Shown: positions 39,762 through 50,801 of the stretch, one piece after another | Numbering within the stretch: position 1 is the stretch's first letter | Layout of the letters: each line of letters opens with the position of its first letter | Origin: an uncultured Bacilli bacterium | Lineage (GTDB): Bacteria > Bacillota_I > Bacilli_A > RFN20 > CAG-826 | Assembly: GCA_905236715.1 (NCBI GenBank) | Contig: CAJOMQ010000001.1 | Coordinates: forward strand, 110,015 to 174,014 | Direction: 5' to 3' | Length of the DNA stretch: 64,000 nucleotides | Notes under the pieces: model-generated | What the model saw: the letters and a program-made list of their open reading frames with translations, nothing else | Database searches by the model: none | Told to the model about the DNA's origin: nothing | Program-made: the position numbers and the translations under genes

Positions 39762-41042
39762 TTATTTGTAAAAATTGCGAGCGCTGACCACAAAAATACC
39801 GTTTGGATTAAATCTTCCTTTATCACCGAGTTCGCTGCTGGAATAATATTTAAAGGTTAAAGTACCGTTAGGTTGGGGACCATATTCGCTGTCACGGAAG
39901 TGTTCATAATAGATGCTACCATCTGATGAATCTGTTCTTTTTACAAAGTGATCGGTATCCGCTTCTAATAAAGTGGCATAAGTAGCGCTAATGTCACCGA
40001 CACCGTTGAAAGTAACAGCGTAGTTAGAACAATAACCATTATTAAAGTAATAATCTGAAACACGAACGTTTAACGATTCACAACCGCTGGGGAAAGGAAG
40101 ATGGCTAATATAAGCAAATTTTCCTTTTTGTTCTTCGCTATAATCACCGTGGAAATATGGATCAGATATAACTTGGTTCACAGCGTAATCAAGATTATTG
40201 CTTCTCACGCGATTAAAATTATGAAAGGTTAAAGAAGCAAAATTATAATCATCATAATATTGTTGATTTTGTTCTTTAAGGTTGAGGTTCAATCTAATTT
40301 GATTAGCACCACGAGGAACGAAGACTTCGATGGTATCAACATATTCATTTGTTTGAGATTCATAATTATCTTTGTCAATGATGACACCGCTAGCGTGTAA
40401 CAAAGCTCTTCTAACCGAAGCGCTGGCGTTATAATCAAAGATATAATCCATATTTGTACGTTTACGGAAAGTCATTTCTTCAGATTTGATCGTTAAATCA
40501 TCATAATAAGTGGTATAAATAGCCTCTTGTGCTTCTTGTAAAGAAGAAGTTTCGCCAATCATGCCAGAATACATGAAGTCGGCTTCTTCTAATTCCTCGC
40601 TATAGGTTCGCCAATCGGTAAATAGCATAATGCCTTTTTCGCTAGGAACATAAGCATATAAACGGCGATTGGATTGATTGAAATCGGTGGTAGAATGATA
40701 ACCAGTCACGAGGCCTTTTTCTTTGCCTAAAAGATAGAAGACTGGTCTTTCAGACCAAAATTGGTTAGTTATTTCATAATTTTGATTTTCCATCTTCGCT
40801 AAGACAGTGTTTAAGGCTTGCCATGCAGCGGCTTCGATATCTTCGGGAGTTTCTTGACTTTCACTTTCTGAGGAAGAGGAAGAAGAAGAGCTAGAGGAGC
40901 TTTCTTCACTAGAAGAGCTTTCACTAGATGATTGTTCATCAGAAGAAGATGGTCTATCAGGAATGTGGCGGCCAATAAATGGGCTACAAGCAGAAATACC
41001 AAATAAAGCGATTACAGATAATAATAAAATGTTCTTTTTCAT
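39762..41042 (-). CDS. Lipoprotein with a Ser/Glu-rich low-complexity linker
   Basis: The ORF has a signal peptide and lipobox (LFGISAC), followed by SSSDEQSSSESSSSEESSSSSSSSSSSESESQ and then a globular domain of about 330 aa. Confidence 0.7.
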   Translation of the reverse strand: MKKNILLLSVIALFGISACSPFIGRHIPDRPSSSDEQSSSESSSSEESSSSSSSSSSSESESQETPEDIEAAAWQALNTVLAKMENQNYEITNQFWSERPVFYLLGKEKGLVTGYHSTTDFNQSNRRLYAYVPSEKGIMLFTDWRTYSEELEEADFMYSGMIGETSSLQEAQEAIYTTYYDDLTIKSEEMTFRKRTNMDYIFDYNASASVRRALLHASGVIIDKDNYESQTNEYVDTIEVFVPRGANQIRLNLNLKEQNQQYYDDYNFASLTFHNFNRVRSNNLDYAVNQVISDPYFHGDYSEEQKGKFAYISHLPFPSGCESLNVRVSDYYFNNGYCSNYAVTFNGVGDISATYATLLEADTDHFVKRTDSSDGSIYYEHFRDSEYGPQPNGTLTFKYYSSSELGDKGRFNPNGIFVVSARNFYK

Positions 41043-41064
41043 ATTCTTTTTTCCTCCTCACTTA

Positions 41065-43308
41065 TTAGTTGTGGAAAATATAGTCGATATCATATGGACT
41101 ATAACCCCATATACTATCGTGATAACGATATTCGTTAACATTATCAACGATGACATAGCGTAAAAAGCCGGGAACCACAACAGTTTCGCCATAGATATTT
41201 ATGGTTATGTCTTGGAAAATATATCCACTACCATAATCACTGGTGTCAATGTTGTAATTCTTTAATCTGAAATATAATGATTCTTCAACACTATCATAAG
41301 AATAAGATGGATCATTGTTTCTTTTATATTCATGATAGGCATCATATACTTCATCATATGATTTCTTTACAGGATTATAGATATATGGTTCTTCGCTACC
41401 ATAGAATTTAATGGCTAAATCATTGGGGATGACTGTTCCTTTATTGATAAATAAGACATTATTGTCAGCATAGAAGTTTTCGTCATTATAGAAATTCCAC
41501 CAGCTATTACTGATGTGACCATCGTCATCAAGTTTGGCGTAGTTAGGTTCAAAATCATCAGATTGTAACAATAAATTAACAGTTTTGGGGATGACGTAAT
41601 AAATTTTTCTGAATGTTTCTCCATTGTATTCGAGTTCAAAATAATTAACGCCAACTTTAGAAGTATCAAGATAAGAAACCTTAAAATTAATATCATCTGA
41701 GTAAACAGAATAGTAATTTCCAGTTTCGGTGTCCCAATATGAGAAATGGATACCTAAATCTTTTGGATTAATCACATCATTTTGGCGGAAGAAGAAGTGG
41801 CGATTAATGGTGTAATCATGGTCAAAATAAACATCGTCATATCTTGGTGACCAAGCCATTCTTTCCATAACTTGGTCCATAATGCTTCCATAAATAAATT
41901 CACCAAGATTTTCTACTTCACCATCATCAATCGCATCTTTGATGGAATCGTAAGTGGTGTCATAAGAAATACCGAAGGTCGCAAAGGCGCGGGTAATCGC
42001 ATCGCGTTCTTCTTGAGTATAAACATTGAAATGGGCTTCATAATATCCCATTAATTCTTCAAATAATTCTTGTTGAGTGGCATCATCAGGGAAGAAGCTT
42101 TCTTCACTAACAGGAAGACCGATGATTTCCATTTCTTTGGCGGTGAAGTCAGTGGTAATGTCGCTGAGAAGTCTGAATAAAAGATTCATACCTTCTCCAT
42201 CAACACCAGCGGAAACTGAAGTAATGAATTCTAATAATGAATTCCAATCGTTGACATTAACAAGTTCATCATCTTCAAAAGTATCAGGAATATTTGTTAA
42301 TTTAAAAACTTCTCCCAAGGTTTTGAAGAAAGGGAGCCAACATTGATCAGGTAAAGCGATATCTTTGAAGAAGCCACCTAAGCAATGGATTAAATCAAGG
42401 ATGTTTTCACCATTTCCGAGATATTCTTCAATTTGTTCATAAACTTCATCTTCAAATGGGATGCCAAATAAATAGGCAAGCAATGTTTCGAGTTGAATAT
42501 CTTCTGGGAAATTTTTCTGGAGAGCTAAGAAAACTCTACTGAACACTCTTAAACCCATATAAGTGAAATCTTCATTAATCACAACGCGTAATGTTTCAAG
42601 GAAGGAATAAAATTCATCATAAATGGCGAAAATATCAATATTGTCAAACATTTCATTTATTAATTGTTCTAAATATGCATTAGTTTCGCCTTTGGATTCG
42701 AGATATCTTAAAGCACCACGGGCACTACCGAAATCATCTTGTTCACCATCGGTGAATAGATATTTGATTTCTGTTATGACGGTTTCATCATTAGCGATTT
42801 CTTCTAATGTACCGAGGAAACGGTCGGTATCAAGATGCGCAAAGAAATTAATGATGTTTTTATAAAGGGTAATGTTTTGATATGTGCTTTCACCAGCAAA
42901 AACGATATTGAAAAACACAGAAACCACACCAGCGAAATCTTTTTCACTCATGTGATTGTGTTCGATAAGGAAATCCCAAGTATCGCCCATATAGAAACGG
43001 ACATAATCAGCAAAATCCTTGCTTCCGACTTCATCGGCAAAAATTTGGGCGCCTGTTTCTGGAGAAATAGCGTCAATCACGCCAGGTTCATAAGGTCTTA
43101 AAATAGGATCTAATTCCGGCTCTGGCTCAGGTGTATCACTGGAGCTAGAAGTATCGGAAGAAGTCTGTGATTCTGTATCTGATGAAGAGGTTTGTGATTG
43201 TGAATCGTCTGACCAAGATCCATAATCATAACCAATGAATTCACTACATGCAGATAGACCCAAAATACTTGATAGCGCCAATATTGCAATCTTAAATTTG
43301 GTTTTCAT
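41065..43308 (-). CDS. Large lipoprotein with a Ser/Thr/Asp-rich linker (paralogous architecture to the previous gene)
   Basis: The ORF has a lipobox (LGLSAC), followed by SQSQTSSSDTESQTSSDTSSSSDTPEPEPE and then a ~650-aa domain rich in aromatic and acidic residues. Confidence 0.7.
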   Translation of the reverse strand: MKTKFKIAILALSSILGLSACSEFIGYDYGSWSDDSQSQTSSSDTESQTSSDTSSSSDTPEPEPELDPILRPYEPGVIDAISPETGAQIFADEVGSKDFADYVRFYMGDTWDFLIEHNHMSEKDFAGVVSVFFNIVFAGESTYQNITLYKNIINFFAHLDTDRFLGTLEEIANDETVITEIKYLFTDGEQDDFGSARGALRYLESKGETNAYLEQLINEMFDNIDIFAIYDEFYSFLETLRVVINEDFTYMGLRVFSRVFLALQKNFPEDIQLETLLAYLFGIPFEDEVYEQIEEYLGNGENILDLIHCLGGFFKDIALPDQCWLPFFKTLGEVFKLTNIPDTFEDDELVNVNDWNSLLEFITSVSAGVDGEGMNLLFRLLSDITTDFTAKEMEIIGLPVSEESFFPDDATQQELFEELMGYYEAHFNVYTQEERDAITRAFATFGISYDTTYDSIKDAIDDGEVENLGEFIYGSIMDQVMERMAWSPRYDDVYFDHDYTINRHFFFRQNDVINPKDLGIHFSYWDTETGNYYSVYSDDINFKVSYLDTSKVGVNYFELEYNGETFRKIYYVIPKTVNLLLQSDDFEPNYAKLDDDGHISNSWWNFYNDENFYADNNVLFINKGTVIPNDLAIKFYGSEEPYIYNPVKKSYDEVYDAYHEYKRNNDPSYSYDSVEESLYFRLKNYNIDTSDYGSGYIFQDITINIYGETVVVPGFLRYVIVDNVNEYRYHDSIWGYSPYDIDYIFHN

Positions 43309-43459
43309 ATTTTTCTCTCCTTTTTGTGTGATAATAGTTCTAAATCTATCATCGGTTCCACCTTATAGGTGCCTTCAAAAAAATACTATCATTGTTTGCA
43401 TTTGTCAATACTTAACATTAAACTATCAGTTAAAATAAAATAAAAAACGCGTAAAAAGT

Positions 43460-46047
43460 ATGATTAAAGTTGAAAACGTCAGTAAAAAATTTTATACCGA
43501 GAATGGGAAAAAATATCGCTACATCTTAAAAAATGTGAGCTTAACTTTACCCAATAAAGGGCTTGTTTCAATCTTAGGTCATTCTGGTTGTGGAAAAACA
43601 ACATTCCTCAATGTTATCTCCACATTAGAAGAACCAGATGAAGGTAAATTATTTTTTAATGATATCGATTCCACGACTTTAACCAATACTCAAAAAGATG
43701 AATTAAGACACCTTCACATTGGCTATATTTATCAAGAGCACAATCTTATTTCTCACCAAACAGTTTATGAAAATATCCGTATGTCTTTTAATCTTGGCTC
43801 CACAATGTCAAGAAAAGAAGAACATGAAAAAATCATACAATTAGCGGATGAATTCCATTTAAATGAAATATTGTACAATTATCCTACTTCATTATCAGGT
43901 GGGGAAAAGGAAAGAGTCGCTATTGCGCGTGCTTTAGCTAATGATCCCGACATCCTTTTAGCGGATGAGCCAACAGGTTCTTTGGATGAGAAAAACGCCG
44001 AAGAAGTTATGGAATTATTAAAGAAATTATCACAAACCAAATTGGTGGTTTTAGTTTCTCATAATAATGAATTAGTCAATCGTTATTCCGATCGCATTTT
44101 AAAAATGAAAGAAGGAAAAATCACTAGTGACACCCATGAAAAAGATGTCATTGGTAACGATGATTCTTTTGCTCATCGGAAATCACAATCACGTCCCGAA
44201 AGTATTTTCCGTCTAGCGTTTTCCCGTATCCGTAATAAATGGGGAAGATATACCTTTGTCACTTTTATTAATGCCTTAGGTATTGCGGGTGTGGCTTTAA
44301 CCATTGCTGCTTATCGTGGGGCCAACGACTTTGCTACCGAAATGCAAAAAGAAGCCCTATTAACATATCCATTAATGGTCAGTAATGTCTCTTCTGGTCT
44401 TGGCAATTCCTTTTTAGCGGAAGGTGGCAGTGTCGAATATCCTAATGATGGGAAAATTCATCGTGTCGAAAACGATAATTCCACGGTCAACATTAACCCC
44501 ATCACGCAAGAATTTGTCGATTATCTCAAAGCCGAATTACCAGATGCGGATATTGCCACAAAGAGTGCCTTAGCACCACAGATTGTGGTTGAAAACGCGG
44601 ATGGCACTGGTGTTAATACGTTTGCCGCGAAAGATATCGATGACTTTACTGGTTTTGAATCTATTTTTAATGGCAGTAACAACTATTTCCGCTGCATGGC
44701 GGCTAGTAAAGATACTGTTTTATCTTCTTATGATGTTTTATATGGTGAATATCCCGAAGAGACTGACGAAGATGCGGATAAAGCTATCTTTGTTTTAGAT
44801 GGAAGAAATTATTTCCCTTCCTATGCTTTAGATTTATTTGGTCTTCCTGGTAATGAAATCTCTTTTGAAAAAGTCACTCAAAAAGAATTTAAATTCTTTT
44901 CTAATAATGATTATTACATTGATATCGGTAGTAACACTGTGACTGATCGTTTTATGAAAGATGAAGCCACTTTAGCCAGTGAAGGTAAACAAGCGGATAA
45001 ATTAGAATATCATCTTTTACAAGCCGCATTAGCCTATAGCGAAGATGATATGACGGAATTAGATAGACAAATGGATGAGATTGATTCTTATTTTGAAGAT
45101 AGTAAATCCACCAGACAAATGCACTATTACAATGTGAAATCTAATAGTCAACTCTGGGAAGATTATAAAAATGGTACCGGTACACCGATGCATGTATCCT
45201 GCATCTTAAGACCAAAAAAAGGTTTGACTTTCCCCTTCCTTTTACCAGGTGTTTATTATTCCAAAGCTTATTCTAATTTATTCCAACAAGAAAATAAGAT
45301 TAGCGCCTTTGCGCAAGATTATAACAATCACATTACCTTCTACCGCAAAACGACACCTGGCACTTTTTCGATTCCGAAGATTTATAAAAACATCGGAAGC
45401 GCGGATGAGATGACAGGCGGAATTGAACAATCTCTAACCAACATATATTCTTATTTCTTAAATAGAAAATTATATGGTTTAGATACTTCTTTATTTGAAG
45501 TACGTATTTTGGTTAATACCTTTGCGGAAAAAGATCATGCGAAAGAAGTATTAGATTACATCCCGATGATGAAGATATGCATTATAGCGATATTGGTGGC
45601 GCTTTGAATAAGACCATTCAAAAATATGTCGGCATTTTAATCGCGGTTTTATATGTCGTTATCGCTGTTGTGTTATTATCTAACACCATGGTCACCGCTT
45701 TAACGGCGATATTAGAAATTAATTCAAGACAAAGAGAAATTGGTATATATCGTTCTTTAGGTGGCAAGAGCAGTTATGTCCGTTGTTTATTCATAGGCGA
45801 AGAAGGAATCGTTGGTTTATTCGCTGCGGTTGTGGGTATCGCTATATCATATATTGCCCTACCGTTCATTAACCTATTTATGCAACGTTCAATCGACGCC
45901 ACAATTATCTCTAGTTTTGCCACACTTCCCGCACCAATTGCCTTTATTATTGCCGGTGCGGCATTACTAGTCACCTTATTAAGCACCTTTGTGCCGGCGA
46001 TGTTAGCCACCAAGACTAGACCAAGCAAAGCTTTGAGAAATATGTAA
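43460..46047 (+). pseudogene. MacB-like fused ABC transporter (N-terminal ATPase, TM1, large extracytoplasmic domain, FtsX-type TM2-4) split by a single frameshift near 45520-45607
   Basis: The 715-aa ORF has Walker A (GHSGCGKTT), the signature LSGGEKER and Walker B (LLADEPTGSLD), then one TM helix and a ~400-aa extracytoplasmic domain. The 156-aa ORF in another frame carries the FtsX C-terminal motif (REIGIYRSLGG) and three TM helices. The two frames overlap at 45577-45607, and the downstream frame is open back to 45517. Confidence 0.6.
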
Positions 46048-46099
46048 TTCTTTTATCTACTTACTAGATAACAAGAAAAAAAGATATTATCATGAAAAT

Positions 46100-47926
46100 A
46101 TGAAAACAAAATTAGCATTATTTTTCTGTGTTCCCTGCTTAATGTTAGCAGGTTGTCATCATCAACCAGAAGAATGGGCGGATGATTTTATCAATAGTAA
46201 TCCCGAAGGTGAAAAGATTGTCTATAAAATGGTCATCAACGATGGCGATGACGCCATGGCGGAAGATTTTCTTTATTACACTGATGATTATTTCGCTGAA
46301 CCCGCGGAGACATTAAACATCTCTTTTTCCAATGCTTCTTTTGGTTTAGTGCAAGGTTCCACCCCTAATGTGGAAGAAAAAGATTATGCCTTAAAAAGTG
46401 AAACAGGAAAGAAATTATTCCACGATTTACATTTTGTGGATGTCACCAGTAATTTAGATTATCAACAAGAACCCACAGAAAATTCTATTGGTGCGATATT
46501 TGGTCATAAACAAATTAATATTGAAGATAAATCATATCAATTAATCGCTATTGCGATTCGCTCGAATAATTATGAATTAGAATGGCTAAATAATTTTCTC
46601 ATTGGTGAAGTAGGTGATCATCAAGGTTTTGCCCAATCAAGTGAAAAATTATTCCAAGATATCGATAATTATTTAACGGAATATCATATCTCTGGCCCCG
46701 TTAAAATGTGGATTACGGGTCATTCACGTGGGGCAAATGTCGTTAATTTGTTAGGTGGTAAATTAGATAAGGCGATCAAATTAGAACAAAAATTATTTAC
46801 CCAAGATGTTACCTATAGTAAAAACGATTTATATATTCAATGTTTTAATCCCTCTATGGTGGCTTATTCTACGGAGCCATTAAATGGAGATGAATATATT
46901 AATATTCAATGTTTTACTTCTTTTTCCGATTTAACCAATTATGTGCCTAGTGCTTCTTATGGTTTTAATCGTTATGGAAAAACTTATTATTTACCTTCTT
47001 ATATCACAGGCGGTGATTACGCGAGCGCGCAAGCCATATACCGTAGATATTATAACGAATACACCAATTTAAAAGATTTATTAGGAGAGGCTAAATTTGC
47101 CCAATTAATTCCTTATAAATATAACGGTAGTCCTCTTTTAGTGAAGCCCGTGGAGGATACTAGCAAATTAAATTGGTCAATTGAAATCTTTTTAAAAGAT
47201 TTATCACAGATTTTATTTGATGAAATCGTCGTTTCACGTGAGAACTACGTCGATAATTTCCAAGATAGTTTATTGAAAGCCTTACGTTATATATTAACCA
47301 AATATCAAATTGTGGATTTATTTGAGCAAGATATCCTTGAATTGGTGAGTGAAATCGTTGATAACGCTTTTGATAGTGATGAAGAAGCTAATGCTTTTTA
47401 TACCACTATCATGGGTGCTTTTATGACTCTTATGAATAAACATCCCGATATTTTAGCCACTTTAAGAGGGGGTGATTTATCCGCCTTTATCTTCTCCCAT
47501 TTATCCGCGACTGCGCGTATTTGGTTTAAGATTATGGATCCGAATTATTTAAGAGAACCATTAACTTATGATATGACTTCTTCTTATAGAAGAATCACTC
47601 TTATTAATCACGATGATGGTTATTTTACCTATACATTAAATATCACCAATGAAAATGGTGACAAATTAGTGCAATTTAACCAAGGACAACCCAAAACCAT
47701 TAAAGATTCCACTATTCCCTATGGTTTATATAGTAACCGCTGCGTGATTTATTTACCGATGGAAGAACAATATACCTTGAATATTGTTTCCCCCAACTCT
47801 GATAGCGAAGTTGATTATACATTAGAAGATTATTCCATCATAAAAAATGACTACATAATTAATGTAGCCATGAAAACTTATTCTTTGACAAAAGGTCAAT
47901 ATCAAGAGATTGTTATTACTAAATAA
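46100..47926 (+). CDS. Lipoprotein with a lipase/esterase-like nucleophile elbow
   Basis: The ORF has a lipobox (LMLAGC) and the GHSRG (G-x-S-x-G) motif in the context WITGHSRGANVVNLLGG. Confidence 0.65.
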   Translation: MKTKLALFFCVPCLMLAGCHHQPEEWADDFINSNPEGEKIVYKMVINDGDDAMAEDFLYYTDDYFAEPAETLNISFSNASFGLVQGSTPNVEEKDYALKSETGKKLFHDLHFVDVTSNLDYQQEPTENSIGAIFGHKQINIEDKSYQLIAIAIRSNNYELEWLNNFLIGEVGDHQGFAQSSEKLFQDIDNYLTEYHISGPVKMWITGHSRGANVVNLLGGKLDKAIKLEQKLFTQDVTYSKNDLYIQCFNPSMVAYSTEPLNGDEYINIQCFTSFSDLTNYVPSASYGFNRYGKTYYLPSYITGGDYASAQAIYRRYYNEYTNLKDLLGEAKFAQLIPYKYNGSPLLVKPVEDTSKLNWSIEIFLKDLSQILFDEIVVSRENYVDNFQDSLLKALRYILTKYQIVDLFEQDILELVSEIVDNAFDSDEEANAFYTTIMGAFMTLMNKHPDILATLRGGDLSAFIFSHLSATARIWFKIMDPNYLREPLTYDMTSSYRRITLINHDDGYFTYTLNITNENGDKLVQFNQGQPKTIKDSTIPYGLYSNRCVIYLPMEEQYTLNIVSPNSDSEVDYTLEDYSIIKNDYIINVAMKTYSLTKGQYQEIVITK

Positions 47927-48332
47927 CAAAATCTAGAACATATTCTTTTTCACTAATTTCTTTGAGAGTGATTTTAACAAAATAATCTTTTTCTAATTGA
48001 TAAAAATTTTGCCACATCTCTAATGTTTTACCCAATTTATCTTCTTGATGATGAGATAATTCACTCACGGGATATAAATCTACTTCAAATAAATTTAAAA
48101 TGTCCCAGATATTGATTTGTTCACCATCTTTTTTCAATTGATATCCACCATCTTTGCCTCTTTTCACAGAAACATAATCATTATCAATTAAAACCGGCAT
48201 CAGATGTTCGAGATATTTCAAAGACAAATCTTCATCAAGAGCGATGTTTTTTAAAGGCACTAAGCCTTTATTTTGATTTTCATAAAGGTACAAAAGTACC
48301 TTGATAGCGTTTTTACTACGAGATGAAAACAT
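47919..48332 (-). CDS. Rrf2-family transcriptional regulator (CymR-like, no Cys ligands)
   Basis: The 137-aa ORF starts MFSSRSKNAIKVLLYLYENQNKGLVPLKNIA. It sits directly upstream of cysK, as CymR does in Bacilli. Confidence 0.8.
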   Translation of the reverse strand: MFSSRSKNAIKVLLYLYENQNKGLVPLKNIALDEDLSLKYLEHLMPVLIDNDYVSVKRGKDGGYQLKKDGEQINIWDILNLFEVDLYPVSELSHHQEDKLGKTLEMWQNFYQLEKDYFVKITLKEISEKEYVLDFVI

Positions 48333-48334
48333 TT

Positions 48335-49264
48335 TTATTCCTCGAATAAGGCGGTGGAAAGATATCTTTCACCAGTATCCGGTAATAAGACGACAATCGT
48401 TTTACCTCTATTTTCTTCTCTTTGCGCTAATTTGATCGCGGCATATGTCGCCGCACCGGAAGAAATACCAACGAGGAAACCTTCTTTTTTGCCAATTAAA
48501 CGACCATAAGTGAAAGCATCTTCATTATCAACAGGGATAATTTCATCATAGATATTAGTGTTTAATGTATCAGGAACAAAGCCCGCACCGATACCTTGAA
48601 TCTTATGAGGACCCGCATGACCTTCACTTAATACAGGGGAAGCAGATGGTTCCACGGCCACAATTTTAATGTTGGGGTTTTTCTTTTTCAAATAAGCACC
48701 AACACCACTGATGGTACCCCCGGTACCAACTCCAGCCACAAAGATGTCAACTTGGCCGTCTAAATCTTCATAAATTTCGGGGCCTGTTGTTTCTTCGTGA
48801 GCTTTTGGATTGGCGGGATTAACAAATTGCCCAGGGATGACTGCGTTAGGTACTGTTTTCACTAATTCATTCGCTTTTTCAATCGCGCCTTTCATGCCTT
48901 TAGAGCCTTCGGTTAAAACGATTTCCGCGCCATAAGCTTTCATTAATTTTCTTCTTTCAATGGACATCGTTTCGGGCATCACGATAATGGCTTTATAACC
49001 ACGAGACGCGGCGACAGAAGATAAACCAATTCCAGTGTTACCAGAAGTTGGTTCAATAATTGTGCTACCAGGTTTTAAAATCCCTTTTTCTTCTAAATCA
49101 TTAATCATGGCTAAGGCAATACGGTCTTTCACTGATCCGGCGGGATTAAAAAATTCCACTTTGCCGATGATACGGGCATTGAGATTGAATTCTTTTTCTA
49201 AATTGGTAAATTCCACAAGGGGAGTTTTACCGATTAATTCATCAATATGTTTATAGACTTTCAT
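48335..49264 (-). CDS. cysK: Cysteine synthase A (O-acetylserine sulfhydrylase)
   Basis: The 309-aa ORF has the PLP-lysine context (NPAGSVKDR), the Gly-rich loop GTGGTISG and TSGNTG. Confidence 0.95.
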   Translation of the reverse strand: MKVYKHIDELIGKTPLVEFTNLEKEFNLNARIIGKVEFFNPAGSVKDRIALAMINDLEEKGILKPGSTIIEPTSGNTGIGLSSVAASRGYKAIIVMPETMSIERRKLMKAYGAEIVLTEGSKGMKGAIEKANELVKTVPNAVIPGQFVNPANPKAHEETTGPEIYEDLDGQVDIFVAGVGTGGTISGVGAYLKKKNPNIKIVAVEPSASPVLSEGHAGPHKIQGIGAGFVPDTLNTNIYDEIIPVDNEDAFTYGRLIGKKEGFLVGISSGAATYAAIKLAQREENRGKTIVVLLPDTGERYLSTALFEE

Positions 49265-49333
49265 TTCATTCTCCTTTTTTCCTACTTTCCTAGTAGGGTT
49301 ACTAGTTATACTTCTATTATATTTCTAATAATA

Positions 49334-49366
49334 TAAAAGAAAAAGGCATTTTTATTGATGCCTTCT
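49334..49366 (-). terminator. Intrinsic terminator after the gltS-like gene
   Basis: An AAGGCATCAATAAAAATGCCTT hairpin followed by TTTTTCTTTT on the minus strand. Confidence 0.65.
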
Positions 49367-49370
49367 CTTT

Positions 49371-50801
49371 CTATGGTTCCACGACTTCTTTTTTCTTCTT
49401 TTGAAAAATGCCTTTTCCCGATAATATCAAAAAAACCGTATATAAAATAAATAAGCCACCCATAATACCTAAAACGATATAGCAATCATTTAGCGAAGTC
49501 GCCGATTTATCTAATAGCAATAACAAGGGAGCCACAAATAACATCGCAGGTAATTGGGAAACAACATAGATATTGGACATGGGTGTTTCATAATTAGGAT
49601 CAATTTCTCTTAAGAAAATCATCCCATTACTCGCCGTTCCCGTTAAAGCGCCGAAATTGGTTAAGAAAGCTTCGTGGGCAAAGCCTTTGAAACATAATTT
49701 AGAAATTAATCTAATATAGATTAATGTGGCAATTGTGCCCACCACACACATCGCTAAGATGAGCCAGACATATTCACTGACAACTTCAATATCAATCGCA
49801 GCGACACCGGCGACAATCATCACATCAAAGGCAAAGCCAGAAATACGGTCCATTTGATAATTGTTGATATATTGTTTTTTGATAATTTTATGTTTCCTAA
49901 ACGGTTTGATAATTAATTTAATAAGATTCGCCGCGATGACACCCCAAATGAAATTAAAGCCCCAAGCCACCGAATTAAATAAGGCAATGTTGGTCCAATC
50001 ACTGAGGTATTTAAAGAAAATCATGATACCAAAGGCAATCGCATACGCCACTAAAACAAAAGCGATTTGAATAGACATTTTATCTACGGAATCACTGTCT
50101 TCGATTTCATCGGGCCCTTCAAAATCATCAACTTTACGAACATAGGTTTTATTGCGGGGTAATATTTCCCCTTTGTGTTTGAAGATGTTGATATATATCA
50201 CTCCGACAATAGATGCCACAATAAAACCGATAGAGGCAATCGTTAAACCGATACTTCCTTGCCCATTAAAGGAATTAGAATCCATATTGGTGAAATTAAT
50301 ATCCCATGTTAAAGCGTTACCAGGGCCTTGACCAAATCCTAATGGTAATAAAATACCAGTATCATAAAATAAGGAGCTTCCCGCCCAGAAAAAGATGAGG
50401 GACACTAGGAGGCCCACAATACCTTGCAACATGTATGTACCGCCCGTTAAAGCGCCATTTTGGACACTGTGCATCAGAGAAACGCTTTTTCCTTTTTGCA
50501 TGGTCTTTAAACTCATGGCGATAAAACCGATCGCTAAAGCGTGATAAGTGATGATTTGCATGATTCTTTTATCAACGATGACCATGTCACCCGCGTTTAA
50601 GGCAAAGGTGATGCCAAATAACAAGAGACCCCCGATTAAAGCGCTGGGGACATTGCCTTTTCTAAGAAAAGGAATGACTCTTCTTAAAGCATTACCAATT
50701 AATAAAAAGATTAAGATTAATCCTAATTGCACCACAATTTTCCACACTTCATCATATTGACTTAAATCAAAAGACCAACTGACATTATCTGCGTATATCA
50801 T
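49371..50801 (-). CDS. Sodium/glutamate symporter family (GltS-like) membrane transporter
   Basis: A 476-aa polytopic ORF. The N-terminal segment FLRKGNVPSALIGGLL resembles the GltS FLKKYTIPEPVAGGLL region. Confidence 0.6.
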   Translation of the reverse strand: MIYADNVSWSFDLSQYDEVWKIVVQLGLILIFLLIGNALRRVIPFLRKGNVPSALIGGLLLFGITFALNAGDMVIVDKRIMQIITYHALAIGFIAMSLKTMQKGKSVSLMHSVQNGALTGGTYMLQGIVGLLVSLIFFWAGSSLFYDTGILLPLGFGQGPGNALTWDINFTNMDSNSFNGQGSIGLTIASIGFIVASIVGVIYINIFKHKGEILPRNKTYVRKVDDFEGPDEIEDSDSVDKMSIQIAFVLVAYAIAFGIMIFFKYLSDWTNIALFNSVAWGFNFIWGVIAANLIKLIIKPFRKHKIIKKQYINNYQMDRISGFAFDVMIVAGVAAIDIEVVSEYVWLILAMCVVGTIATLIYIRLISKLCFKGFAHEAFLTNFGALTGTASNGMIFLREIDPNYETPMSNIYVVSQLPAMLFVAPLLLLLDKSATSLNDCYIVLGIMGGLFILYTVFLILSGKGIFQKKKKEVVEP

